This document shows, piece after piece, positions 9,408 through 19,096 of a stretch of 64,000 nucleotides of DNA. This DNA comes from a bacterium (GTDB lineage: Bacteria > SAR324 > NAC60-12). The position numbers and the translations under genes are program-made. The stretch covers positions 448,001 to 512,000 of the forward strand of contig CBDDTI010000745.1 of assembly GCA_965233585.1 (NCBI GenBank). The letters run 5' to 3'. Every line of letters starts with the position of its first letter. Within the stretch, counting starts at the first letter, position 1. The notes under the pieces are model-generated. The model searched no databases and was not told where the DNA came from. It saw only the letters and a list, made by a program, of their open reading frames with translations.

Positions 9408-11243
9408 TTATGAATTTTCAACGTTTAGCTTGTCTCGTAAGTTGTCGGCATAATAATCAAAAATTTTGCGTGCAATTTGACCAGAAGCTGAACCACCACT
9501 GCCACCATGTTCTACTAAAACTACAACAGAAAGTTCGGGACTTTCAGGTGTGAAGGAGGCAATCCAAGAATGTGCTTGGTAGTCTTTTTGTTCTTTTTTT
9601 TCATCACTCCAAAATCGTGTAGAATCATGCCCAACGACTTGTGCCGTTCCTGTTTTAGCAGCAATATTCAATTTGGAAGTGTTTAAAATCCGAGCTGTGC
9701 CATTTTTTTCTTGTACAGCAGCTGTCATGGCTTCTCGCAAAAGTGCTAAATATTCAGGTTTAAATTCATGTTCTGTTTGATATTGAGTTCGTTCAGAAAG
9801 TAACAGCTTAGGTTTCACGACAAGACCATCGTTGGCTAAAATATTGATAAAATTGGCAACTTGTATTGGCGTCACATTCAAATAACCTTGACCGATTGCC
9901 ACAGTCAAAGTCTCCCCATGAAACCACTGTTCTCCTAAAGCCTTCAGCTTCCATTGAGAGTTTGGCAAAATTCCTATTTTTTCATTGGGTAAAATGATTC
10001 CTGTTTTTTGACCAAATCCAAACATCTTTGCGTATTTTGCCAGCTGATCTATTCCAACTTCCAAGGCAGATTTATAAAAATACACATTGCATGACTCTTT
10101 GATGGCTTTTCTCAAATTCACAGTGCCATGTCCTCCCTTCTTCCATGCCCAGCATTTAAAGGGCTGTTTTCTGCCTTTGATGTAAAAGAATCCAGGGCAA
10201 TGATGTGTTGTCTCTGAATCAACCACTCCCAAATCTAAAGAGGCATACGCTGTCACAATTTTGAAGACAGAACCCGGTGAATAAATTCCCTGTATAGATT
10301 TATTTTCAAGAGGATGTTCAGGGTGATTGAGCAATGCTTGCCAGTCTTTAAGGCTGATTCCATCGGAGAAAAGGTTTGGGTTGAAAGTTGGGAAACTTGC
10401 CATTGCCAAAATCTCACCAGTTTTAGGGTGCATGACTAAGACAGAACCTGTTTGCCCCTCCATCCATTCATTGATTTTAGCTTGTAAATCAATGTCAATC
10501 GTCAAAGAAACATCTTCTCCGGGAACAGGAGCAATCCTTTGTCCTAAGGTATGAAGTTCTCTACCAACATAATCTACTTCAACTTGCTTGCCTCCATCTG
10601 TCCCAACAAGAGTACTATTGCTGACTTTCTCAACTCCTGTTTGCCCTATGACCATGCCAGAATATTTTTTCCCTTTGGCAATCTCTTCAGTTTGATTTTC
10701 CTGCCTCTGACTCACATAACCTAAAACATGAGATGCCTGACCTTGATAGGGGTAATATCTACGTGACTGAATGCTGATAGTTGCACCTAAAAAGTCATTT
10801 TCATAAGTTTCTAAGAGAACTGCTTGTTCGTAGCTTAAATCTGTTTGTAGAATGATTGGTTTAAAGCGTGCAGAGTAGCGATTTTGGTCAATAATTTTTT
10901 TCAAATCTTGATACGGCTTTTTGAGAACGTACGACAAATTACGTAAAGTTACCTCTAAATCTGGAGTATCTTCACGAATCAATGACAATTCATAAACTGG
11001 TCTGTTGTCAGCAAGGGGCTTACCATGCCTATCATAGATGAAACCTCTTGGAGCTGCTTCAGGAGCAAGACGAATCCGATTGCCGTTGGCATAGTTAAGA
11101 TAAGTGTCTCCCTTCACGATTTGCAGATGCCACAGTCTTGTCGCAGTAACCCCAAAACTCAAGGCTAAGCATAAAGTCAAAAAACTTCCTCTTGTACAAA
11201 ATAAGCTACATTCTTCTGATTCTAAAGGGTCTTGGTCAATCAT
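9408..11243 (-). CDS. mrdA: Penicillin-binding protein 2
   Basis: APRGFIYDRHG, PGSVFK (SxxK), SCN and KTGT motifs. Follows mreBCD. Confidence 0.95.
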   Translation of the reverse strand: MIDQDPLESEECSLFCTRGSFLTLCLALSFGVTATRLWHLQIVKGDTYLNYANGNRIRLAPEAAPRGFIYDRHGKPLADNRPVYELSLIREDTPDLEVTLRNLSYVLKKPYQDLKKIIDQNRYSARFKPIILQTDLSYEQAVLLETYENDFLGATISIQSRRYYPYQGQASHVLGYVSQRQENQTEEIAKGKKYSGMVIGQTGVEKVSNSTLVGTDGGKQVEVDYVGRELHTLGQRIAPVPGEDVSLTIDIDLQAKINEWMEGQTGSVLVMHPKTGEILAMASFPTFNPNLFSDGISLKDWQALLNHPEHPLENKSIQGIYSPGSVFKIVTAYASLDLGVVDSETTHHCPGFFYIKGRKQPFKCWAWKKGGHGTVNLRKAIKESCNVYFYKSALEVGIDQLAKYAKMFGFGQKTGIILPNEKIGILPNSQWKLKALGEQWFHGETLTVAIGQGYLNVTPIQVANFINILANDGLVVKPKLLLSERTQYQTEHEFKPEYLALLREAMTAAVQEKNGTARILNTSKLNIAAKTGTAQVVGHDSTRFWSDEKKEQKDYQAHSWIASFTPESPELSVVVLVEHGGSGGSASGQIARKIFDYYADNLRDKLNVENS

Positions 11244-11716
11244 CGTTTCTCAAAAAAAGGGAGGCATAAAGACACCATAATTAAAAAAGCAAATTCTGCT
11301 AAAAAAGATGGTAATGTGTATCGGAATAAGAAAAGTTGCCACTGTGTTTCAGGAATCACAATATTAAACAACGTTAAGGATAACACTTTTTCCAAAAGCA
11401 ATAACCCTGTCATAGGAATTGCAATCGTTACCAGATTTTGTGTCTCAATCCAAGAAGCCAAAGCATAGGCTAAAGAGCTAATCAAAAGCCATGAAAGCGC
11501 ATAGATTCCAAGATACTGATGAGAAAGTGAATCAATGATAGCTCCCACCAAAAGAGCTAAAAAAACAATAAAAAAATGTTGATTCCTCAAGGTCAAAATC
11601 AAGGGAATGACTAATGATAAATGAGGTTTTACAGAAAATAAAGAGAGTTGATTTGCAACCAAAATATGCACTACTAACCCAAATAAACTGCCCAGAGTCC
11701 AAAACATTGGTCTCAT
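11240..11716 (-). CDS. mreD: Rod shape-determining protein MreD
   Basis: Hydrophobic 158-aa protein located between mreC and mrdA. Confidence 0.85.
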   Translation of the reverse strand: MRPMFWTLGSLFGLVVHILVANQLSLFSVKPHLSLVIPLILTLRNQHFFIVFLALLVGAIIDSLSHQYLGIYALSWLLISSLAYALASWIETQNLVTIAIPMTGLLLLEKVLSLTLFNIVIPETQWQLFLFRYTLPSFLAEFAFLIMVSLCLPFFEKR

Positions 11717-12537
11717 TGTGAACTCAGTCGCAATGATAAATTTTGGTTGGCAATCACAAAGACCCCTTCAATCTTTTCAAAATCAACAGCCGTTTGAATT
11801 TTAGCAGTTTGAAACAGGGCATGGTCTTCACTTTTAATGCTGGAGATGGTACCAACAAGCAAGCCTTTGGGGAAAATTCCACTTAAACCACTGGTCACAA
11901 TTCTGTCACCTACCTTAATTTCTTCTCTACGAGAAATTTGACGCAATTCTACTCCGTCATGTGTTCCAAAAACGATGCCCTTGCCTCTTGTCCTCTGAAT
12001 CAGAGCAGGAAATCTCATTCTTTGGTCTAAGATTAATTGCACACTTGAATGAGAGTTTGAAACAGATTGGATTCGTCCAACAACACCTTCTTGAAGCATC
12101 ACAGCAAAATTACGTTTGATGCCTTCTGCTCGGCTCAAGCTAATAAACAATGTACGGTGGTAGCTGTCTAGTGACTGCCCTATCACATCAGCAAATTGAG
12201 TAGAAAACGTATTCTTGCGTGCAAACTCCAATTGAGTCTTCAACCGATGGTATCTGACAGACTCTTCCATGTAAAAAGAAAGTTCTTGTTCTAATTGGGC
12301 AAGCCTTTTTTTCAAATAGACATTTTCTTTTTTTAAATTGACAAGGTAGAAGTACTTGTTAATGACTGATGTGATGTGGTTTTGTGTTTGATGAAAAAAA
12401 CGAAGAAAAGGAGAAGTAAAAATATCAAAGACTGGATGTGACCTGGAAGTGAAGGGGTAAAAAAAGAGGTACCCTGCAACGAGTATAGAGGTTGCAAAAA
12501 AAATGACGATAGCATAATTCTTTTGAATCCAGCTCAC
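11713..12537 (-). CDS. mreC: Rod shape-determining protein MreC
   Basis: TM + coiled coil, GVVGRI, GDRIVTSGLSGIFPKGLLVG. Confidence 0.94.
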   Translation of the reverse strand: MSWIQKNYAIVIFFATSILVAGYLFFYPFTSRSHPVFDIFTSPFLRFFHQTQNHITSVINKYFYLVNLKKENVYLKKRLAQLEQELSFYMEESVRYHRLKTQLEFARKNTFSTQFADVIGQSLDSYHRTLFISLSRAEGIKRNFAVMLQEGVVGRIQSVSNSHSSVQLILDQRMRFPALIQRTRGKGIVFGTHDGVELRQISRREEIKVGDRIVTSGLSGIFPKGLLVGTISSIKSEDHALFQTAKIQTAVDFEKIEGVFVIANQNLSLRLSSQ

Positions 12538-12579
12538 AAGCTTCTTTGAATGAAAACTTTTATTTGGCTGTCACGATGT

Positions 12580-13614
12580 TTACTGATCTGCAACGATTGC
12601 GGCAAGTAATCCAATTTGGTCTAACATGAGTCCTGTTCCTTTAGCAACGCAAGTCAAAGGGTCGTCTGCATGAAAAACAGGCAGCCCCGTATGTTCTTTG
12701 ATGAGTGTGTCCAAACCGCTTAAAAGCGAGCCTCCACCAGCTAACACAATCCCTTTGTCAACAATGTCAGATGAAAGTTCAGGGGGGGTTTTTTCAAGTG
12801 CATTGCGTACGGTCTGAATGATTTCACCGCAAACATCTGCCAATGTTTCTCTGATTTCATCTTCAGTCAAAACTAAGGTTTGAGGAATCCCTGTGACCAA
12901 GTCTCGCCCTTTAATGTCTAGTGTTTTTCCCTCCTGTGAAGGATACGCTGAACCAATATTGATTTTGATTTCTTCAGCAGTGCGGTCTCCGATAAGTAAG
13001 TTGTACTTTTTCTTAACAAATTGAATGATTGTGTCGTCCATTGCATCGCCCCCTACCTTTGCAGATTCACTGTACACAATTCCTGCCAAAGAAATGATAG
13101 CAACTTCTGTGGTACCCCCTCCGATGTCAACAATCATATTGCCCCTTGCTTCTGTGATTGGAAGCCCTGCACCAACAGCAGCTGCCATTGGCTCTTCTAC
13201 AAGAAAGACCTTTTCTGCACCAGCAGACTCCGCAGATTCACGAACTGCACGTTTCTCAACCTGTGTGATTCCCGAAGGCACAGCAATCACAATTTGAGGT
13301 TTAAAGGAAAGCCCACGTATCTGAACTTTACGAATGAAGTACTTCAGCATCTCTTGCGTCACATCAAAGTCTGAAATGACTCCATCTTTCATAGGGCGAA
13401 TTGCTGTGATATTGCCCGGCACACGACCCAGCATTTTCTTGGCTTCTTCACCTACTGCTAAGACTTTATTCTCTCCTCTATTGCCTTTTTGAATTGCCAC
13501 GACAGAAGGTTCTCTAATCACAATTCCTTGATTTTTGATATAAACCAGCGTGTTTGCAGTGCCAAGGTCAATAGCAATATCTTGTCTAAAAACATTTTTG
13601 AGGTAAGACCACAT
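12580..13614 (-). CDS. mreB: Actin-like MreB
   Basis: IDLGTANT, RPMKDGVI, DIGGGTTE. Confidence 0.98.
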   Translation of the reverse strand: MWSYLKNVFRQDIAIDLGTANTLVYIKNQGIVIREPSVVAIQKGNRGENKVLAVGEEAKKMLGRVPGNITAIRPMKDGVISDFDVTQEMLKYFIRKVQIRGLSFKPQIVIAVPSGITQVEKRAVRESAESAGAEKVFLVEEPMAAAVGAGLPITEARGNMIVDIGGGTTEVAIISLAGIVYSESAKVGGDAMDDTIIQFVKKKYNLLIGDRTAEEIKINIGSAYPSQEGKTLDIKGRDLVTGIPQTLVLTEDEIRETLADVCGEIIQTVRNALEKTPPELSSDIVDKGIVLAGGGSLLSGLDTLIKEHTGLPVFHADDPLTCVAKGTGLMLDQIGLLAAIVADQ

Positions 13615-13653
13615 AAAGTAATTTTGTCAGTTGGAAAAATCTGTATAAACCTG

Positions 13654-14226
13654 TCAAAGTTGTTGGTACCCACTCCAACGAGAGACCAAATCATGCTCAA
13701 TTCTTGCCAAATCTAATGCTCGTCCGACACTGTGATTAACGATGTCATCTATTGACTGAGGCAAGGAGTAAAATGCAGGAGCAATAGGAGCAACGACCGC
13801 TCCCATCTCACTGACACGCAACATGCTTTGGATATGACCAATGTGTAAAGGAGTCTCACGAAACATTAAAACAACTCTTTTTCGTTCTTTTAACATGACG
13901 TCAGCTGCCCGAACAATCAATGTGTCAGAAACTCCTGTTGCAAGGCGTGATAGCGTATTCACCGAACAAGGTGCAATGAACATGCTGTGAACTGGGAATG
14001 AACCACTTGCGATAGGTGCAGCAAGATTTTTATTGGAATAGACTTGAGTGGCAATGTCTTTGATCGTCTTAAGATTCCAAGAGGTTTCATAAGCTAAGGT
14101 TTGGGCACCAGAGTTGGAAACAATCAGATGTGTCTCAACATTGGGAATCACAGCAAGGTGTTCCAAAAGCCTGACACCATAGATTGCTCCCGTTGCTCCT
14201 GTGATTGCGACGGTAATTCGTTTCAT
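13654..14226 (-). CDS. ubiX: Flavin prenyltransferase UbiX
   Basis: ITGATGAIYG, IASGS, RAADVMLKE, RETP. Confidence 0.95.
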   Translation of the reverse strand: MKRITVAITGATGAIYGVRLLEHLAVIPNVETHLIVSNSGAQTLAYETSWNLKTIKDIATQVYSNKNLAAPIASGSFPVHSMFIAPCSVNTLSRLATGVSDTLIVRAADVMLKERKRVVLMFRETPLHIGHIQSMLRVSEMGAVVAPIAPAFYSLPQSIDDIVNHSVGRALDLARIEHDLVSRWSGYQQL

Positions 14227-14413
14227 AAATCCTAAAAAATTATCAAGAGGATTGTCAGAATGAGAATGACGTCAACAACTATGACACCTGTCTTAATTTT
14301 ATTTTGGACAGATTCATTGAGCACGTCAAAGTTTCTCTTCAAAAACTTCATGAAAAAGCGGGCTTGAGATTCAACCAGTTTCATCAAATTCCTTTGTTTT
14401 TATATGAGGTGAG

Positions 14414-16198
14414 TTATTCTTTGAATGATTCTAACAATTTACTTCGTGTAGGGTGTTTCAGCTTCTTAAGTGCCTTGGCTTCTATTTGACGGATTCTTTC
14501 ACGCGTGACGTCAAAGTCTTGCCCAACCTCCTCTAAGGTATGGTCTTTTTTCTCATCAATGCCAAACCTCATGCGCAAAACCTTTTCTTCCCTCGGGGTT
14601 AAGGTGCTTAAAGCACTCCGTGTGAGTTCCTTGAGATTAGAATATGTTGCAGAATCACTAGGATTCAAGACTTTATCATCAGGGATAAAATCTTTCAATT
14701 GTGAATCATCATCGTCTCCAATTGGAGTATCTAAAGAGATAGGTTCTTTTGAGATTTTTAGGACTCGTCTCACTTTAGCAACAGGAATAGAGACCCTTTC
14801 TGCAAGTTCTTCTGGGGTTGGCTCACGCCCTTTTTCTTGCACCATAGAACGATTAGTCCTCATCAGTTTATTGATGGTTTCAATCATGTGAACGGGAATG
14901 CGAATTGTGCGGGCTTGGTCTGCAATCGCTCTAGTAATGGACTGCCTGATCCACCACGTTGCGTAAGTTGAAAATTTATAACCCCGCTTGTATTCAAACT
15001 TATCTACTGCCTTCATCAAGCCGATGTTGCCTTCTTGAATCAAATCCAAAAACTGCAACCCACGATTGGTATATTTCTTGGCAATACTAATCACAAGCCT
15101 CAAGTTTGCTTCAATCAGCTGGCTTTTAGCAATCGTTACCTTTCTTTCTGCAATCTTAACGCAGTTGACCTGCTTTTCAAACTCCTCAAGGTCTAGTTCA
15201 GTTTGAGCCACCCGAATTGCAACACGAGAACGTGCATTTTCTATTTTTTCGTGAATCCTACGAGTGATACGAAATGAACGTCCATTTTTAGAAACTTCTT
15301 CTTCAAGTTGCTGACGGACTGACTTGCTGGCTTTGTGGTACTTGGTAAAAAATTCGTCAACCTCTTCAAGAGTCCATTGAAGCTCTTCTAAATAAACCTT
15401 CATCTCGTTTTTGGATTGCACAATATTGTCTCTGTGCTTCAAGACAAGACTGCTCATTGCCTCAATTTGACGTGAGTTGAAGTTGATTTCATCTTTAATG
15501 ATTGTTTTGATTTGTCCCATCATCTCATCAATCTGTTTCTGTTTTTTAGCCGATATTTTTTTACTGCCACTGCGAACAGATAGCACTTTCTTATACAGAC
15601 TTTCAATTTGGCGAAGATATTTGAGAACAGCACTTTTTGCTTTATTTTCATCTTCAATAATCTGAAATTCGTCATCTAATCCAGAAATGATATGACGAAT
15701 GCGGACTTTGTCTGTTGATAATTTTTTGATAAGATTGATCAAGTAATTGATAATCAAAGCAGATTTTGAAAAAATCTCTAATAACTCTTGTTGTCCTTCT
15801 TCAATGCGTTGAGAAACTTGAATTTCTCCCTCACGATTCAACAAATCAATCTGCCCCATTTCACGCAAGTACATACGCACAGGGTCTTCTATGCTTTCCA
15901 TACCGATTTCAAACTCTACTTCATCAGAGAGTTTGTCCTCTTCTTCCTTAAAGTCTTCTTCAATACGATTGATGCTGATGTTGTTTTCGTCCATCACATC
16001 AATATCAAGTTCAGCAAGAGAGATATAAACTTGCTCTATGTCGTCAGGGGAAACATTCACCTCTCTGAGGTATGTATTCACGGTATCCAACGCGACAAAC
16101 CCTCTCTCCTTTCCTTCTGTAATGAGTTCTTTGGTCACTCGCTGAATTTCTTTTTGCGTGTTTTCTTTTTCATCAGATAAATCAGAAACTTTTGTCAT
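14414..16198 (-). CDS. rpoD: RNA polymerase sigma factor RpoD
   Basis: [42 protein letters not shown]. Confidence 0.98.
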   Translation of the reverse strand: MTKVSDLSDEKENTQKEIQRVTKELITEGKERGFVALDTVNTYLREVNVSPDDIEQVYISLAELDIDVMDENNISINRIEEDFKEEEDKLSDEVEFEIGMESIEDPVRMYLREMGQIDLLNREGEIQVSQRIEEGQQELLEIFSKSALIINYLINLIKKLSTDKVRIRHIISGLDDEFQIIEDENKAKSAVLKYLRQIESLYKKVLSVRSGSKKISAKKQKQIDEMMGQIKTIIKDEINFNSRQIEAMSSLVLKHRDNIVQSKNEMKVYLEELQWTLEEVDEFFTKYHKASKSVRQQLEEEVSKNGRSFRITRRIHEKIENARSRVAIRVAQTELDLEEFEKQVNCVKIAERKVTIAKSQLIEANLRLVISIAKKYTNRGLQFLDLIQEGNIGLMKAVDKFEYKRGYKFSTYATWWIRQSITRAIADQARTIRIPVHMIETINKLMRTNRSMVQEKGREPTPEELAERVSIPVAKVRRVLKISKEPISLDTPIGDDDDSQLKDFIPDDKVLNPSDSATYSNLKELTRSALSTLTPREEKVLRMRFGIDEKKDHTLEEVGQDFDVTRERIRQIEAKALKKLKHPTRSKLLESFKE

Positions 16199-16376
16199 CA
16201 GAACAATCTCCTCGTAGATTAAGTGGGAAAGTGAAAAATAGTAATAGGGAGGGTGAGAATAGCAAAACTTGCTATTATATCATCACACAATTATTCTGTA
16301 AAGATGATAGAGTCGTTTTTTGAGAGTGTTCTTGAGATTTGATGGAAGCTGGGAGGAAAAGAACCGAACGTGGAAA

Positions 16377-16868
16377 TTACTTGGACTTGATTGCCTTTTG
16401 GTTTTTGTATTGCTGCGTCATAAAACGATCCACCTCCCTTAGCCTTGTCTCAGGTGCTTGTTTCTGATTCAGCTTTTTTTGGAAAGAAGACCTGTGCGAG
16501 ATAAACTTTGCATAACGTCTCTGTCTTGCATTCATTGTTTGAGAAAGCTCTTCGTTTAGCCCGTTATAATTCACCCTAGCCTCTTCTAATCCTTTGCGTT
16601 TGGCAAGTTCTTCTCTGGAACGCTTATAATTAACAGATTGGTATTCGGAATAGCTTTGATACAGTTCTGCATCAGAACGATGAGGAATAGGCTGTTGCTG
16701 CTGAAACTGACGATGCTCTTGCATTCTTAAGAAATTCTCACGACTATCTGAAACCCATTTACGATATTCGCTCTGCGTCTGTGGATGTCCGTAAGGAGAG
16801 TATTCCCTGTGAGACTGGCATGACTGCAACAAAAAAGAAACCAACATAATCAGCAAAAATTTTTTCAT
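16377..16868 (-). CDS. Putative lipoprotein
   Basis: MKKFLLIMLVSFLLQSC lipobox from ATG 16868. Confidence 0.7.
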   Translation of the reverse strand: MKKFLLIMLVSFLLQSCQSHREYSPYGHPQTQSEYRKWVSDSRENFLRMQEHRQFQQQQPIPHRSDAELYQSYSEYQSVNYKRSREELAKRKGLEEARVNYNGLNEELSQTMNARQRRYAKFISHRSSFQKKLNQKQAPETRLREVDRFMTQQYKNQKAIKSK

Positions 16869-17068
16869 AGCAAGCTCATATAAAAAATCCATACAATACT
16901 TATCGGAAGCCTTTGGAAAATCTGAAGTCACTTCATTTCATTTAGATACTGATCCACCCATCGCTAAAACCCAAGGTAAGGCTTGGCTTTTGAACAACGA
17001 TTTAAAATTCCACTTTCCTAAAAGAGTATGCTAGAATTTGAGATTGGTTTCTACTCAATTTTTGAAGC

Positions 17069-17308
17069 ATGGCAGATCCGTCACTTAAAAATCTGGAAAA
17101 TGTACTGGGTCGTTACTACGTGGATCAAGAGTGCATTGATTGTCATCTCTGCTCTCAAATTGCACCTGACAATTTTGCACGTAGCATCATTGGGGGCTAT
17201 GACTATGTTTCTATGCAACCCAGCTGCCCTCTGCAAGAGGAACTTTGTCAAGAAGCCATGGAATGTTGCCCCGTGGAAGCCATTGGAGATGATGGAGATG
17301 TTTTTTAG
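17069..17308 (+). CDS. Ferredoxin (single-cluster type)
   Basis: YYVDQECIDCHLC...AMECCPVEAIG. Confidence 0.92.
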   Translation: MADPSLKNLENVLGRYYVDQECIDCHLCSQIAPDNFARSIIGGYDYVSMQPSCPLQEELCQEAMECCPVEAIGDDGDVF

Positions 17309-17332
17309 TTCACACTGTTTCAAAAGGTTTTT

Positions 17333-18028
17333 ATGAAATTTAATATTGTCTCTGACAATCAAACTCAAGTTTCTCCCTCTTCTGATGTTCATTCTGAGAT
17401 TGAGAAACTGGTCAAAGACCATCCTGTTGTCCTGTTTATGAAAGGTACACCAGAAGCCCCCCAATGTGGTTTCTCTGCAAAGACTTCGCAAATTTTGAAT
17501 GCGTGGAAAGTGCCTTATGAGTCATTCAATGTGTTGAGCGATCAAAACGTCCGTGAAGGCATTAAGGCGTATTCCAACTGGCCCACCATTCCACAGCTTT
17601 ATGTTAAAAGTGAGTTCGTAGGAGGTTGTGACATCATCACAGAGCTTTCAGAGTCAGGAGAATTGCAGGAGATTTTACAAGAAGCTCTTCCTGACATGGT
17701 CATCACGCCACCCCTTCCTCCAGCTGAAGTCCAACGCATTTCTGTTCAAGAAGCACAAGACATGCTGACAAAAAATAGCCACCTCAAACTGCTAGACTTA
17801 AGCCACTCATCAGAACATTATGATTTGGAAATTGAGCAAATACAAAGGTTGGATCAGTTTCTTGTAGATGAAATTTTGCAGACATGGGAAGAAAAGACGC
17901 CATTGATTTTGGTTTGCGATCACGGGATTCGTTCTATTGAGGCAGGGAATTTTTTTGCCGCACATGGCTTCCAGAATATTTATAGCGTAGATGGAGGACT
18001 TGCTGCATGGTCAGAGGCTTTAACTTAA
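17333..18028 (+). CDS. grxD: Monothiol glutaredoxin (Grx4) fused to a rhodanese domain
   Basis: FMKG..PQCGFS and WPTIPQLY, with C-terminal VCDHGIRS...VDGGLAAW. Confidence 0.9.
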   Translation: MKFNIVSDNQTQVSPSSDVHSEIEKLVKDHPVVLFMKGTPEAPQCGFSAKTSQILNAWKVPYESFNVLSDQNVREGIKAYSNWPTIPQLYVKSEFVGGCDIITELSESGELQEILQEALPDMVITPPLPPAEVQRISVQEAQDMLTKNSHLKLLDLSHSSEHYDLEIEQIQRLDQFLVDEILQTWEEKTPLILVCDHGIRSIEAGNFFAAHGFQNIYSVDGGLAAWSEALT

Positions 18029-18047
18029 TTTAAAAGGAGAATAACAA

Positions 18048-18419
18048 GTGGATTTTCAAAAAGAATATGTAGTGCAACTGACAGAAAAAGCGGCTGAGGT
18101 CGTCAAGAATGCGTGTGCTGAAGAGCAAAAGTCGCCTGAAGAACAATTTTTAAGATTGTGTGCCGCACCCGGCGGCTGTTCAGGCTACAAATATAAACTA
18201 GACTTTAACGCTCCTGAAGACGTCAGCGACAATGACCTTTCTTTTGATTCACACGGCATCAAGGTAGTCGTCAACCAAAAAGAACTCTATGATGTCATTG
18301 GTTCAGTGGAAATTGACTACACTGATGCCAATATGGTAGAGCAAGGGTTTGTTTTTAAACCCATCTCCAATAGTCTGCAATGTGGCTGTGGTCAGTCATT
18401 TACAGCGATCAAAAGATGA
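18048..18419 (+). CDS. HesB/IscA family Fe-S cluster carrier
   Basis: LTEKAA, GGCSGYKY, CGCGQSF. Confidence 0.93.
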   Translation: MDFQKEYVVQLTEKAAEVVKNACAEEQKSPEEQFLRLCAAPGGCSGYKYKLDFNAPEDVSDNDLSFDSHGIKVVVNQKELYDVIGSVEIDYTDANMVEQGFVFKPISNSLQCGCGQSFTAIKR

Positions 18420-19060
18420 CAACATTGTTGCAAGGTCTTCATTCTCTTCCTGAATTGGTTTGTATTGGTTTATTCATTTATAAATGGCTTTTAATCATTC
18501 ATATTTTATTGACATGGTTAAATCCTGACCCTTCAATGCCTGTCGTCAAGTTTTTAAGGCGTTGTGCTATGCCTGCATGGCAACTTGGTCTTTGGATTGC
18601 ACCTGACAGGTTTGTCCGTTATGCTTTGTACTTTGGCGTCTTAGGAGTCTTGTTTTTACAAGCATGGATTCCAGCCTTTTTGGAATCTACATTGCTCTTA
18701 TTGTCTGCTCCTGAAATCAAGTCTGCCTTTTCTCCTTTTGCTGTTCAGCTTGTAGGTCATACTGCACAAGCCTTTCTTCTGATTCTCAACAGCCTTGTTT
18801 GGTTTGTCATTATTCTGTTGGCTCTTTACTTTGTGTTGACTTTAGTCCGTGCAGGAAATAGCCCCATCACATACATGATTTACAGCATGAGTGTACCAAT
18901 TCTACAACCTGTGAGAAGATTGCTTCCACCTTCAACAAAATTTGACTACTCAGCACCTCTTTCTGCTGTGGTTTTAGTTTTGTTTAGTTCCTTTGGATTG
19001 ATGCCTCTTTCTGCTTACTTTAGCTTGCTCTCTTTACCTGTGCAAATCTGTGTCCTATGA
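18416..19060 (+). CDS. YggT family membrane protein (two YggT-like repeats)
   Basis: ILLTWLNPDP..PVVKFL and PILQPVRRLLP...DYSAP. ATG 18416 overlaps the upstream stop. Confidence 0.8.
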   Translation: MTTLLQGLHSLPELVCIGLFIYKWLLIIHILLTWLNPDPSMPVVKFLRRCAMPAWQLGLWIAPDRFVRYALYFGVLGVLFLQAWIPAFLESTLLLLSAPEIKSAFSPFAVQLVGHTAQAFLLILNSLVWFVIILLALYFVLTLVRAGNSPITYMIYSMSVPILQPVRRLLPPSTKFDYSAPLSAVVLVLFSSFGLMPLSAYFSLLSLPVQICVL

Positions 19061-19096
19061 CTTTCAAAAACCTTAACTTAACCTTTTAAAAATTTT

